A stretch of DNA of 59,469 nt, the filler included, from Basidiobolus ranarum (taxonomy: Eukaryota): assembly GCA_040143965.1 (NCBI GenBank). It is 6 parts of 6 records of this genome, joined end to end, with 100 filler letters (N's around TTAATTAATTAA, not from the genome) between each part and the next. Parts side by side here need not be neighbours in the genome. Positions count along the whole stretch, not along the records: positions 9,942 to 19,777 come from JASJQH010007650.1; positions 19,878 to 29,706 come from JASJQH010007651.1; 4 more parts are not named here. The stretch is one strand, 5' to 3'. The notes under the pieces are model-generated. The model was given only the letters and a program-made list of their open reading frames with translations, searched no databases and was not told the origin of the DNA. Both the position numbers and the translations under genes were made by a program. Position 1 is the stretch's first letter; every line of letters begins with the position of its first letter. Shown here one piece after another: positions 13,236-25,600 of the stretch.

Positions 13236-15634
13236 ATGATTCCAGTAAGAAGACAATTCCTTGATACTGGTCTCAAATTCAAGAAATCTTTCTTTTCTAG
13301 ATTTAACTTAACCACTACTGTGAACAGACCGCGTTTTCTTTCCTCTGTGAATACTTACCCTATTAAAAGTATCTCCAATATGAATATATTATTATACTCA
13401 GGTGAGGGTACCTCTCCCTCTTCTCTTCAGCAAACTGAGTTCTGTTTAAGAAAGCTCTTGGGTGACCATTATGCAGTTACAAAGGTTGACAAGAAAGTAC
13501 TACGAGATGAACCCTGGGAGGACAAAACCTCATTATTGGTGATACCTGGTGGAAGGGATTTACCTTATTGTCGCGACCTTGATGGTCTAGCCAATGATCG
13601 CATCAAGAAGTACGTAAATGAGGGTGGAAATTACCTTGGTTTTTGCGCTGGTGGATACTACGGCTCTGGTGAAGTGGATTTTGAAAAAGGAACCAGTTTG
13701 GAAGTGCTAGGTGAAAGAGAACTGAAGTTCTTTCCTGGCTGTTGTAAAGGTTGTGTATATCCTGGTTTTGTTTACGACAGCGAGGCTGGGGCTACAGCGG
13801 CCTCCATTGAGCTTGATTCAGTGTTCGCTTTCAGTAATAAGGAACTACCAAAGAAGTTGAAAGTATACTATAATGGTGGTGGTTACTTCGCCAAACCGTA
13901 CCAATACCAGAATACCAAGGTTCTAGCTTGGTATGAAAAAGTAGGAAACTCCGAACCGAAACCTGCCATCGTCAGGTGTCAAGTTGGTAAGGGTATAGCA
14001 GTACTTACTGGTGTACATCCCGAGTACTCGGCGGAGAGATTCAACATTCAACAGTATGAGAAGCCTCAGTTGGTAAAGGACCTTGTTGAGCATGAAACGG
14101 GTAGAGAGGCACTTATGCGTACTTTATTATCTCATATGGGATTGGTCTTGAACGACGATGGTTTTATCCTCCCTGACCCAACACCAATTTACTTTTGCTC
14201 TACGCCTTCCAATACTTTGATTTCTCTTAGAAATCGATTCAAGGATATCACTGATCAAAATGATAAACTTGAAGATATCCTGGATACGTTTCAGTTTATA
14301 TTCAAAGATGACATCGGTAGTGAATTGGCTGGAATGAAAGTAGGCAAAGAAGAAAACGAAAAAACCATCATCATCTGTCAAAGCCCACCTAAATCCTCTT
14401 ACACGCCTGAGTTTAACATCAATACCTACTTCGAAAACCTAAGGAAAGAAAGGATGAGATTGAAGGCTAATCCTATTTCCTCTCAATTCGGATCTCACTT
14501 AATGTATTCTGAAGTGATCACTTCTACACAGACAATGATTACTAAGTAGGTTTTCTCTTTCTAATGACTAATTTCTATCTCCATTTTCTAATATTACCCA
14601 TCATTTAGAAACCCCACTTTTGCTGCCAACCTTCCAAATGGATTGGTATGTATAGGAACTAAGCAGTTAGCAGGCAAAGGTAGCTAAATCCAAAGACGTC
14701 TCTCATGGTTTATTCCAATGCTAATTGATTACCTATCACAGGACGTGGCCAAAACTCTTGGGTTTCTCCACCCGGTTGCCTCCAATTCTCTATGCTTCTT
14801 CGACATCCTTTAAAATCCTCTGGCTCTGCTATTTTCGTACAGTATCTGCTGTCTCTTGCTATCGTAGAGGGCGTGAGAGGAAAACCCGGATACGAGGTTA
14901 GTGGGAGACCAGCTATTAGATATGTAAAAGTTAATACTGACTAAACGTTGCCTATAGGAAATACCTGTTCGTATCAAGTGGCCTAACGACGTATATGCCG
15001 CCACCCCAGAGACCATGTACTTGAGTGAACCCAAATATGTCAAGATTGGTGGGATCTTGGTCAACTCTAGCTTTAGCAATAATGAATTTGAACTTGTTGC
15101 AGGTAAATCTTTAGTTCACAAACTGATCACGTCTCTCCTATATTAACTATTTTGTCGTAGGCGCGGGCGTTAACGCAGACAATTCCTATCCTACCACGTC
15201 CATCAATCGTCTTATCGAAAGTTACAATGAGCATAACCTCAAAAAACTTCCCCTTTTATCGCAAGAGGAATTAGCTGCATCTATCTTTGCTACATTCAAC
15301 CGCTTTTACAACGAATTCTGTGAGAATGGAAATGGATTTGTTCCTTTCCTAGAACTCTACTACAAGAGATGGTTACACAGGTAATTTTATGTACATTATC
15401 TCATCTTGTTCCGTGTATTTACCGATTCTCTATGGCAATAGTCACAAGATTATCACACTACAAGAGCATGATAGCGCTCGAGTTAGAATTGTTGGAATTA
15501 CCCACGACTACGGCTTCCTGGAAACTGTAGCCATTGACGATAACAACATGGATCTAAAACAAAAATACACTCTTCAACCAGACGGGAACAGTTTCGATAT
15601 GATGAAAGGCTTGATCAGTCGCAAAGCTGTTTAA
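13236..15634 (+). CDS. BPL1: Biotin-protein ligase / holocarboxylase synthetase, 6 exons
   Basis: BPL_N domain ([38 protein letters not shown]), [54 protein letters not shown]. Confidence 0.95.
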
Positions 15635-16197
15635 TATGATTTTTCACAGACACAAGCACTCCATAACATTCTATTTTCATACAAGTTTTGAATTCATTCA
15701 TAATAAACATCTCGCAGGCAGCTTGTTATAGATGTTGTTCGGGACGTTGTTATTGTAAATAAATGGCCTTACTTGGGGTGTCAAGTTCATGGTTTGCTCG
15801 ATACTAGCCAGTATCACAACACACTTATCTCTTCAAATGATGAATGACAGCATCAGCAAAACCATGTTTGAGATGCAGTTTATCGGTTATTTCAACGATG
15901 TCATCTACTCTAAGCAGTGAGTGTAGATTCCAAGTTTTAGGAAGCATAAGGGTTATGTATCTGGCATGCCATTCCGTAGGTAATTTGTTTCAAAGAGTCA
16001 CGAGTTTCAACAGGACCATCACTATTATCAATATGAGGATTCAATCTAATACTAACAATGATGTAGCATGATAAACGAAAGTCAACCATGTACAAGTAAA
16101 AGATCTTTATTATTGAATTGAATTTAGGAAACCATTTTGTTTAATATATAAAGTATAGATATAAGAAAGAGTTTTATAAGCTTCCAGGTGAAGCATA

Positions 16198-17970
16198 TTA
16201 CCATTGACCTCCTTTAACTTTGTCCCAGAATTCTGGAAAAGCACCAACTGCGTTATACTTTTCGCGTACTTTACGATACAATGTATGATCGAACATCTCT
16301 TCAAACTCTTCACGGTCCATGAAGTTATCAGCATACATCATCTGATAGCCACCAACATCCCTAGTAAACTTCTCCATCTTCCGGACGGCATTCACTGCAT
16401 CCCAAGGCTTGTTGGCTTTCACAGCAGGTGGAATACCATACGCGCCCAAATCGAAGAAGATCTCGTAAGGTGGGGTGGTGTCAGGTAAAGTGTTTTTAGG
16501 GTTCCGTACAAAGCCGGATAACCCTTCAGGCTTGGTGTACACACGGATCGTGTAGAAAAGTAGAGGATAGATTGAGAATACATCATCAAATAGATTGATA
16601 GCATTTTTCAGTTCAGACATAGGCACTATTACATCCTGAACGACATGCTTGAAGGCAACCTCTTTACGTATCTTGGAGGTGTAGGTGAGTTTAACAAATG
16701 ATACTTTTGGTGCACCCAACCAACCAAGGAAGTAACGGTATGTCCAGTGATTACTAAATGGGATCAAGTCCTCCAGTTCCCAAAAGATACTACGAGTATG
16801 GCGATGGATGTAATGACGGAGGGGAATATACTCATCAAAGGTTCCATTAGTAAGTGCAGTCTCAGTATGCTTGTAGAACCATGGTTTCCACCAGTAGTTC
16901 ACATGGTTTTCTTTGCGTTTCTTCTCCGGGGTATCTACAGTGTCAAATTCACCAGTCATAATAACTGCGGTATCTTTGGTAAATATCGTCATCTCAACAA
17001 AGTTTGGACCATTCGGGGATTGAGTTAGAGCGGTGATCTTCTCCTCAATTTCATTCTGGCTGTGACAAGGGATATAAGTAAGGTGCATGTGAGATTTACT
17101 TGGTATAATCTTAAGTTCCACTGAAACCAGAAATCCAAGTGTGCCATGACTCCAGGGAAGAGCGTGGAAGAGGTCAGCGTTTTCTGTTCTCGAAGCGCGA
17201 ACCAAAGAACCGTCACCCAGTACAACCTCGTAGGACTCTACGGTGTCAGTCAAGAAGCCATGTTTATGAGAGTTGACCTCAATACCAACACCCATAAGTA
17301 GGCCACCAACAGTAAGATCCTCCATTTCAATCATGAGGGCCAATTGATATCCCATAGGAGTTAGATAAGCAGATAATTGTCCCATATCTACCAAAGGCTC
17401 ACAACGAACGAGTTCGCGTTCAGTATCAACCTCTAAGATGTCATGCAAATTGATACTGATTCTGGAGCAATCACTCTTGAATGTAGCATTGCGAGTAGAC
17501 ATGGTCATCCATGTTGGACGAGCAGTACACATAGGCATCTTACGGCCATCGCGGTTCCAGCGTTTCACTTGTTCTTGAACTCCAATGACCCGTTGATCAT
17601 GCAAGTAAGGAGTGGAAAGGAACTTTCTGACGTACCAGTTACGAACGCGGAAGTAACTATCAAACAAAAAGCTCAGTGGCAAAGCAAAGCATAGGATGAA
17701 AAATCCACGATTTCTTGTCACAAAGTCCATGATTGGCTCGTATAAGGAAGATCGTTGGAAAATGTCCAATACCACATTGATCACTGGCTTCATAAAGTAG
17801 AAAACTGGGAAGAGGGTAATGGAGAGGAATCCAAATGTCAACACATTCACCAGGTACCAAATTTTGGTAGAGAAAGTGACGAAAATCGAGTGGAAATACT
17901 GGCCCCAACTCAATAGACCAGAGCTCGACGACGGTTTACGATTGATGCCTGAATTCACCGTAGACACCAT
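16198..17970 (-). CDS. DHCR24: Delta(24)-sterol reductase, DHCR24/DWF1 (diminuto) family, single exon
   Basis: MCTARPTWMTMS, VRCEPLVDMGQ, EDLTVGGLLMGVGIE, LFHALPWSHGTLGFLV, WWKPWFYKH, HRHTRSIFWEL, HVVQD, YQMMYAD, AFPEFWDKV. Confidence 0.93.
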   Translation of the reverse strand: MVSTVNSGINRKPSSSSGLLSWGQYFHSIFVTFSTKIWYLVNVLTFGFLSITLFPVFYFMKPVINVVLDIFQRSSLYEPIMDFVTRNRGFFILCFALPLSFLFDSYFRVRNWYVRKFLSTPYLHDQRVIGVQEQVKRWNRDGRKMPMCTARPTWMTMSTRNATFKSDCSRISINLHDILEVDTERELVRCEPLVDMGQLSAYLTPMGYQLALMIEMEDLTVGGLLMGVGIEVNSHKHGFLTDTVESYEVVLGDGSLVRASRTENADLFHALPWSHGTLGFLVSVELKIIPSKSHMHLTYIPCHSQNEIEEKITALTQSPNGPNFVEMTIFTKDTAVIMTGEFDTVDTPEKKRKENHVNYWWKPWFYKHTETALTNGTFDEYIPLRHYIHRHTRSIFWELEDLIPFSNHWTYRYFLGWLGAPKVSFVKLTYTSKIRKEVAFKHVVQDVIVPMSELKNAINLFDDVFSIYPLLFYTIRVYTKPEGLSGFVRNPKNTLPDTTPPYEIFFDLGAYGIPPAVKANKPWDAVNAVRKMEKFTRDVGGYQMMYADNFMDREEFEEMFDHTLYRKVREKYNAVGAFPEFWDKVKGGQW

Positions 17971-19610
17971 TCTTTAGAGAGAGCAAAAGAGAAGTTAGGA
18001 TATGAAATTGACGTATCTCTTCACCATGACTCCACTCTCTATTTATGCACTATTCAACCATTCTTGTTCATTACACTTACTCCACATGACCATAGCCAAT
18101 CACCGCGTATGCCTCCAGGAGCCCCTATTTACATTTCCTTGAGTTCTTTTAGTCATCAACTCAATGCTAATTTAAAGCAGATCGTCTCAATGCCTATTGC
18201 TCATTCTTTATCTTTAAATTAGTAACTTTCCTTTTATATCGATCTCACTTTCTTGCAGGGGGAAATCAAGTCAACACTTGATTGACTTGATCCTTAAGCC
18301 TTAATACAACCATTCTAGTGCGTCATCAGCTACTTGGACGATTAATGGACAAACCTCCTTGGCTGAGTGAAAAGCGATATCTTTGTGTGGGCAACCCCTC
18401 CACCCCCTAAATGAGACTACAGTATTGAATAGATTTAAATCTAATCTAGTGGCCATGTTTCGTCATTTGGAACTACCTTATCAGTGGACAATCTTTGGTT
18501 TAAAGATTACGGACACTTCAACGAGAACGAGCAAAGCCATCCTTTGTATTGTCGGTGTGACTTAGATTCTATGCTCTTTGGTGTCCAAAGCCTACTCGTT
18601 TATGCAGCATCATGTGATATATTTTCCATGGACCGTGAAAATTTTCGTACACAACTCCTAGAATCTTTTCTCCCATTTAGTCAGGAGTAATTCATCTAAC
18701 CGGCTTTTGTAGTGACCCCAGGATACCTATTTCTCTTTACCACCTCTTGCGCGTGTTTTGGTGGCGTTTTGTATGGAATCGAACACTATTACTTAATCAT
18801 AGCCACTCTACTAAGCCATTCCAAGTGTAAACCTGGAGTACTCCATGCATTTGATCCAACCATATGTTGATATTTATTTTGAATGTCATTAGGCAAGTAG
18901 TTTTCATCGCTTACGTGGTTTCTATGGATACCTTTTTTGATCTTTGACATTTAAGTAAACGTACTTGTCATTCAATTGATATCAAGGCAGTGTTTCAATA
19001 GCTTGGTATATGATTGTCAAACATTGCTATAATGTACAATACATATTTAAATAATTGACTCAAATGATAACAAATCCTGCCTGTCTTTACTCAGACAGTA
19101 GCCCCTATAGCTGTTCACTTGGTTAATCTATAACGAATGAAATAAATCCAAGAATGTCCTGTCCCATAGCTGTGCAGTTTGAGAGGCATATATAGCACTA
19201 GATATTGATAGTTACCGTATTAAAAGCACAAACTTGAGTACCTCTGCATATACTCTTGAATATTTTCATATGTTATTTGCACAGATATGAATATAAGTTA
19301 GAATTATATACATAAAATTGATAGAGGGCGATCATTTGAAGTATGCAGAAGTCCAAAAACTGTAAAATGTGAGAGCAGGTCAGAAGTAGCAGTCCCTGTA
19401 TACCCAATCTGTTGATAATTACTAAATTATATTACTGTAATTACTCTGAGTATCTGAGCGTTTAGAGTATGAGTAAGATGCAAAGTGAGAAATGAAACTG
19501 CTCTCTTAGCTTTAAAGCAGGTAAACTACATTTTTTTGAAATTAACATAGTTTAAACATCTATTTAGTGGTATTTCAAGTCACTTAAGACTAACTACTGT
19601 GTGCCCATAT

Positions 19611-19777
19611 TGTTGAAATTAGCATTGCCTATACACCTATATATTCCTGTATAGCTTAGTATTTAGTTATTCTATATTTCACCTAGATATCTCCCGCTGT
19701 CCTCAATCGGAATTTTCTGCAGACATGCTCCTGGGACCTTTATTAGCCCATCCTACACCTTTTTTTCTTACATCTTG
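19611..19777 (+). mobile_element. Ty1/copia LTR fragment (internally deleted, cut by contig end)
   Basis: Starts TGTTGAAATTAGCATTGCCTA and aligns with LTR copies at 42865, 47736, 48743(-), 50583 and 51231. Confidence 0.85.
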
Positions 19778-19877
19778 NNNNNNNNNNNNNNNNNNNNNNN
19801 NNNNNNNNNNNNNNNNNNNNNTTAATTAATTAANNNNNNNNNNNNNNNNNNNNNNNNNNNNNNNNNNNNNNNNNNNN

Positions 19878-19985
19878 TCTGAATCAATCTAAATACATCT
19901 CAGACATTCTCAGATGTTACAGGATGGAGAATTGCAAGCTAGTAGCAACTCCCATGGATCCAGGTGTGAAATTAGTCAAAAATCC
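19878..19985 (+). mobile_element. Ty1/copia reverse transcriptase fragment
   Basis: Translates LNQSKYISDILRCYRMENCKLVATPMDPGVKL, matching the RVT_2 C-terminal motif LxQxKYIxDxLxRFxMxxCKxxxTPM. Confidence 0.8.
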
Positions 19986-20519
19986 CATATGTAAGTGGTA
20001 TAGTGAATCACTTCAAAAGCCAAACTTCGTTACATATATCAATGCATAGGATAATGCGACAAATAGCTTTAAGGAGCTTCAAATATTTCGAATAGACAGA
20101 ATTAACTAGTCCAAGACACTCGAAAAACTAGAGTTCCATAATTAAAGACAGAAGAATTTTTAGATTAGCTATTTTGATAAATAGTTTCTTGTTTGTTTAG
20201 ATAAGGAAGCCTATTGTGAGGCCAGAAAAAAATTGACTAACTTCATTGAATGCTCCCCCTCCACGGAAATCTTTAGTAAAAGGCGAAAGATTTATCCGAC
20301 TAAATGAAGAGGAAGCTGAAGTGATGAGCAATATACCAGTAGTCAGCAGAGTATTTATTTGAAAATTAGCTTATTTCTCGATTTGTGGGAACACTAAAAA
20401 TCCCTACAACTCTAAAATTCTTGGTTAGAAAATATTATTTAGGAGATTATGAACTAAATTATTTAGGATAGCAATTCGAACTTGGAGTGCTCATTTGGAA
20501 GGCTGAAAGCAGGTTTACG

Positions 20520-22355
20520 ATGCTGCATACTTCACCTTATAAGCCAGTCGACGTTCCTGATATTGATATTTTCTCCTATCTTTTTGATAAACCTCCTCCT
20601 TATTTAAAGAATGATACTGTCATAATTATTGACTCGCAAACCAAGCAGAAAGTAACTTTCGGACAACTCAGAGAACATTCATTAGCATTCGCCAAAGAAG
20701 CTCAGAGAGTTGGGGTTTGCAAAGGAGATGTAGTTGCCATATTCTCCGGAAACACTGTAAGTAGCAACATATCAGGGAATAAAGCGAGACAAGTTATACT
20801 GAATTGTTACTAGCCTTTATATTCAAGTATTTGTTTTGGAGCTATAGCAATAGGTTTGCCACTCTCAAAATCCGCATCAACTATAACTTTTACCAACACT
20901 TTCTTATTCCAGGAGGGATAGTGGCACCCATCAATCCAACCCTCAAAATCGCAGAAATTTGTGAGTATTTCACTCAGCTCATGCCGAAAATCATAGTAAC
21001 TGAAAGTCATCGTTTGCCTGAAATCCGCCGCGCTTTAGAAATTAGCCAAATTCAGACCTGTCACATTTATGTGTTTGATTCTGATGAGGAAACAAGGACC
21101 ATTAGTGAACTTGAGTTTGATGACTCCTTCAAACGTCCTCCTGTTTCGCCACTTGATATAGCATATATTTGTTTCTCCTCTGGAACCTCAGGTAAACCAG
21201 TTATTTGATCTCACATTGAAGCTACAGTGGCTGATTCTACTTTTTAGGTCTTCCGAAAGGTGTACAATTGACTCACAGGAATATAGTTAGTAATGTGGCA
21301 CAACAACTAGGCCCTTTCGAACATCCTGAGAAACCAGATGTTTACATAGGAGTATTACCATTCTATCACATTTTCGGACTAAACTGTCTACTTCATATGT
21401 TACTGAAGCTGGTAAATGCATTTTTATTTCCCAACAATTACATTTTGGATTCTCAAACCTTTGTCACCAACAGAATGCGACTCTAGTTGTAATGGCTAAA
21501 TTTGAATTCGTATCATTTTTACGCGTAATTGAGGAATACAAAGTGACTATTGCTCGTATTGCTCCGCCGATCGCTGTGTTACTCTCTAAACGCCCAGAAG
21601 TCAGCGAATTTAACCTTTCTTCTTTACGAGCCTTGCGGTGCGGTGCCGCTCCTCTGGGCCCAGGGATATGTGCAGATATCGCTCGTAAACTCCCACATTG
21701 TGATATGAAGCAAGGTTATGGCCTTACAGAAGCCGCTCCGGTTGTTACCTACATGAGCGATTCTTCGGTGATCATGGGAAGTATTGGCTACCTTTTACCC
21801 AATCAAACGGCTAAAATTAAATCACCATCTGGGGAGTCTCTGGGGATCAATTTAGAAGGCGAGCTCTGGGTAAAAGGACCTAATGTTATGCATGGTTATT
21901 ATAACAACTCAGAAGCCACCGCTGAGGCAGTGGATTCCGATGGATTCTTACATACCGGTGATGTGGCCAAGTTCGATGAATTTGGGAACTTGTTTATCAC
22001 AGACAGATTGAAGGAGATGATAAAATACAATGGATACCAAGTGGCGCCTGCAGAACTTGAGGCACTTTTATTAACTCATCCTCAGGTATCGGATGTTGGT
22101 GTTATCGGTGTTCGCTGTCCAAAACGACTAACTGAAATCCCTAAAGCATATATTGTCCTTAAACCCGGCTATACTCCAACCAACAAGACCCGTCAAGCTA
22201 TTCTCGAATTTGTAGTTGAGAAGGTTGCCCACTATAAGCAGATTCGTGGTGGAATTGAATTTGTGGAATATATTCCCAAATCAACCTCAGGTAAACTTCT
22301 ACGTAGAGAAATGAGGCAGTGGGAGAAGCAGAAACATGCACGCTCAAAACTGTGA
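20520..22355 (+). CDS. 4-coumarate-CoA ligase/luciferase-like acyl-CoA synthetase with PTS1, 5 exons
   Basis: AMP-binding motifs YICFSSGTSGLPKGV, LPFYHIFG, QGYGLTE, GELWVKGPNVMHGY, LHTGD, DRLKEMIKYNGYQVAPAELE, PKSTSGKLLRR; ends -SKL. Confidence 0.92.
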
Positions 22356-22676
22356 AACTTCGAATTTGCTACATAGTATTATAAACAAATAATAAATCAA
22401 TTCCTCAGTGGCTCAGTATTTTTTTTCTATTTACGTAATTATGATGGATAAATTTATGAACAAAATTGAGATCATTTAATCCAAAAAAATTGTCCCAAAA
22501 TTATGCAGTTGTACGATTTACGTCTTTCATGTCATCCAAGAAAAAAATGAAAAAAAACAAAACACTTTTTTTTTTCTCTGGTGTGTATCTAAAACCAGTT
22601 GGTTGAATCCGAATTAACGTCAGTGTTTCCAAGTAGAAGCCTAACGAAGCGAAGCAACTCAACTCTAATTTCTACG

Positions 22677-25600
22677 ATGGCTTCATCGTTAGCTTTACAA
22701 CTTCAGGGCATTAGAACTGTCGATAATCCTTTAGGAAACGACAAATTCACCTCCAAATTCAAGGCCTCCTTCCTTTTTGATTCTAGACAAGCTGCCGATT
22801 ATGACTTGGATACCATTTTCTCTTTGGGTATTAACGGTCTTGCTGAACTCAAACAGTTAAACAGCCATTTCGCTCAATTCGAGAAGACCTTATTTTCAGA
22901 ATCTATCAAGAGTGTAGATCGTGTGTTGCAGACAAAAGAGGATAATGAGAAGCTTGACGCAAGTATCCTTGCTTTCTTGCAACAATTATCCCCTTATTTC
23001 TTATTAAAGCCAGCTGGTAAAGTGTTGGAATGGTTAATTCGCCGCTTCAGAATTAACGAATTCAACATCGATGCTGTCATGACCTGCATTCTTCCATATC
23101 ATGAAACCAAGCCTTTTGTAACTATGGTTAGCGTTCTAAGAATTCCAGATGATAGCCAGTGGGCCTTCCTTCGTCCTATTCGTAAGACTGCTCAGCCTCT
23201 TGAGCGCTCTCAGCTTGTTGCTCAGTGTATTAAAGAGAAATATCTTTTGGACTTCGTGTGTGACATTACCCTCAATTCAGCCAACAAGAAGATTGCGTTC
23301 AAAAGCTTAGTTTCTTTCTACGCATCGACTTTGATCGAGATCATCCAAACACTTCCTACTATCTCGGATGCATTTATGTTGAACATTATGCCATACGTAT
23401 TTGACGGAATCCGCGCAAAGAGTTCCCCAGAGTTCCAGCTAGCAAGTTACATGCTCGTAAGTCAGTTATCGACTCGTGCAGTTTTTTCCGCTGAAACCTG
23501 TGATGGTATTCTTTCAGCTATGACTCAACATTTCACTGATGCTCGTAGTCTTTTGTTGTGCGCCATTCAGCTTTTCCAAACACAAGAGGAGCTTGTGGAG
23601 ATGCCTGAAAAAGCCTTCAAGCACATTGCAAAGATCCCCGAGTTGAATGATTTACTCGCCGACATTTGTTCCAAATATGCTTCCAACAAATTCCTTTATC
23701 CTTTCCTTCTCAGTCTTATTCAACACAGTGGACAACACGAGAATTACGACAACGTGTTGAAGAGTGTGCTTCAACAGGAGAAATTGCCAAGCACTATGGT
23801 TCAAAGTTTATGCGAGAGTATTTTGGATCTGTTCTTGGAGAGCAAGCTTGCTTCCAAGGACGCTAGTGACGTATGCGAAAAAATGCGCGAGTTGCTTCAA
23901 TTACTTCAAATCAAATACTCTGCCGATATCGATGCTTCTTTGGAAAGCAAACTCAAAGCTACCAGTCAGGACAAGTCAGCTTCCGGAAAGAAGGTTCAAC
24001 AATTGCTCTATGAGTTTATTTCCCAAACCTTCAAGGGTACTCGCCACGAACCTATTCAAGAGTCAAACACCACATTATATCTCAGTTTGAATCATCCCGA
24101 AACTAGCATTCGTCTCATTGCCCTACAAAAGCTCCAGTCTCTTGTTGAGGATGGCTCCACTGCTTCTGAGTTTGAAGATATCTTAGAAGAGACTCTATTG
24201 GCCCGTTTAGCTGACAACGTTGATCAGATTGCTGCGTTTGTAATTGCTTTCCCAAATCTTGCTCAGCACGTTTCTGGCGTGAAGCTTCTGTCAGAGATTG
24301 AGAAGCTTCTTGATTCTGACGACATTTCCCGCAAGACCAAGATTGCTTCATTCGACTTCCTCATTGGTTCTTTCTTGAAAGTTAATCCTTCTCTTGAAAA
24401 CCTTGTGACTCCTATTGTCTTGTCTAACTGTGTTGCTACCAAGAAGACCTGGAAATCCACTTTACATTTGCTCAAGACTATTCCTAAATCACAACTCGCC
24501 TCTTCACCTCTGTTTGCTAATTTCTCAACCTTCAAGCCCAAGACTCTCGACGAAATCGAGATGTGCGAAGATAAGGAAAAAAAGCTCCTTGGATTGGTTG
24601 ACCTTGATATTCAGTTGATCAAATTGATTGCCGATAATCTCGTCAAGGATGTTGACTCTCATAAGCTGTTCATTGGAGCATTCAGCTCCAGCAACTCTAT
24701 GTGGGAATTGTTTGCTACTTTGGTCTTGAACAGAGCTATCTATCTTTTGGATGAGGAAAAATGTATCAATATTATTAGTACTATTCTTCCTCATATCTTA
24801 GAGCAGCTGAACGAATTAAGAAATACTCAGCAACTTTCTGCCAAAGATTTCATTGCCTCATCTGAGGGTCTTCCTTCGGAAGCTCATATCAACGACATCG
24901 CTAGAAAGGGTACCAAGTTCAATAAGATTCACAACGTCTTATTCTCCTTGGTTAACATCGTATCCTGCCTTAAGGTCAAGGATATGAGTTCTATCCCTTG
25001 GCTCGCACCTGCTGACAATGTTTCAACCACTGTTAAGCAATACAAGGATATTTTGGTCAAGCTGTATGTTACTTTCACTTCTGGCCAAAGCATCGGCTGT
25101 TTCGAAAAGATGGTTCGCGGTCTTTTCGAACACCATCTTCAAGATGATCCCATTGAGTTTTTGAGTTCCTTCTGGACTGACGATGAGACCGAATGTTTCG
25201 CTTTGGTCCAAATGAGAAGCTTGCACATTGCTAATGCCTACTTCCTTGCTCATGCCGACCCTGCCACCCCTGTGTATACCGATTTCCAACTTGTGATTCC
25301 TTCTTTGTTGAGTACTCTGTTACACCCTAGCAAAGTCGTCAGACATGCTGGTCTCAGCTGTCTCGCTTCTATTGACAAAGCATACGAGAAATTGATGGGC
25401 AGCATGACCAACATGAAAACCATCAAAGCTGAGAATATCTACAAATATGACAGCTTTTACGGCAGCAGCTCTGATGAATTGCAGTATCTTTTAATCGAGA
25501 ATATCTTCGATTTCTTGAGAGTTATACAAGATAGTAAGGAGGAGTTCCTTGCTGATCCTCAATACATTGAAAGATTTTTAGGAGAGTATTTGTCCAAGAA

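Noticed and set aside
18760-18822. tRNA-like A/B boxes on the minus strand (also near 49652-49705 and 3328)
   Set aside because: Spacing wrong and no cloverleaf can be folded.
19611-19985. A single copia element spanning the second gap (LTR on the left, RT on the right)
   Set aside because: The segments are size-sorted unrelated contigs and contigs commonly break in repeats, so the juxtaposition is coincidental.
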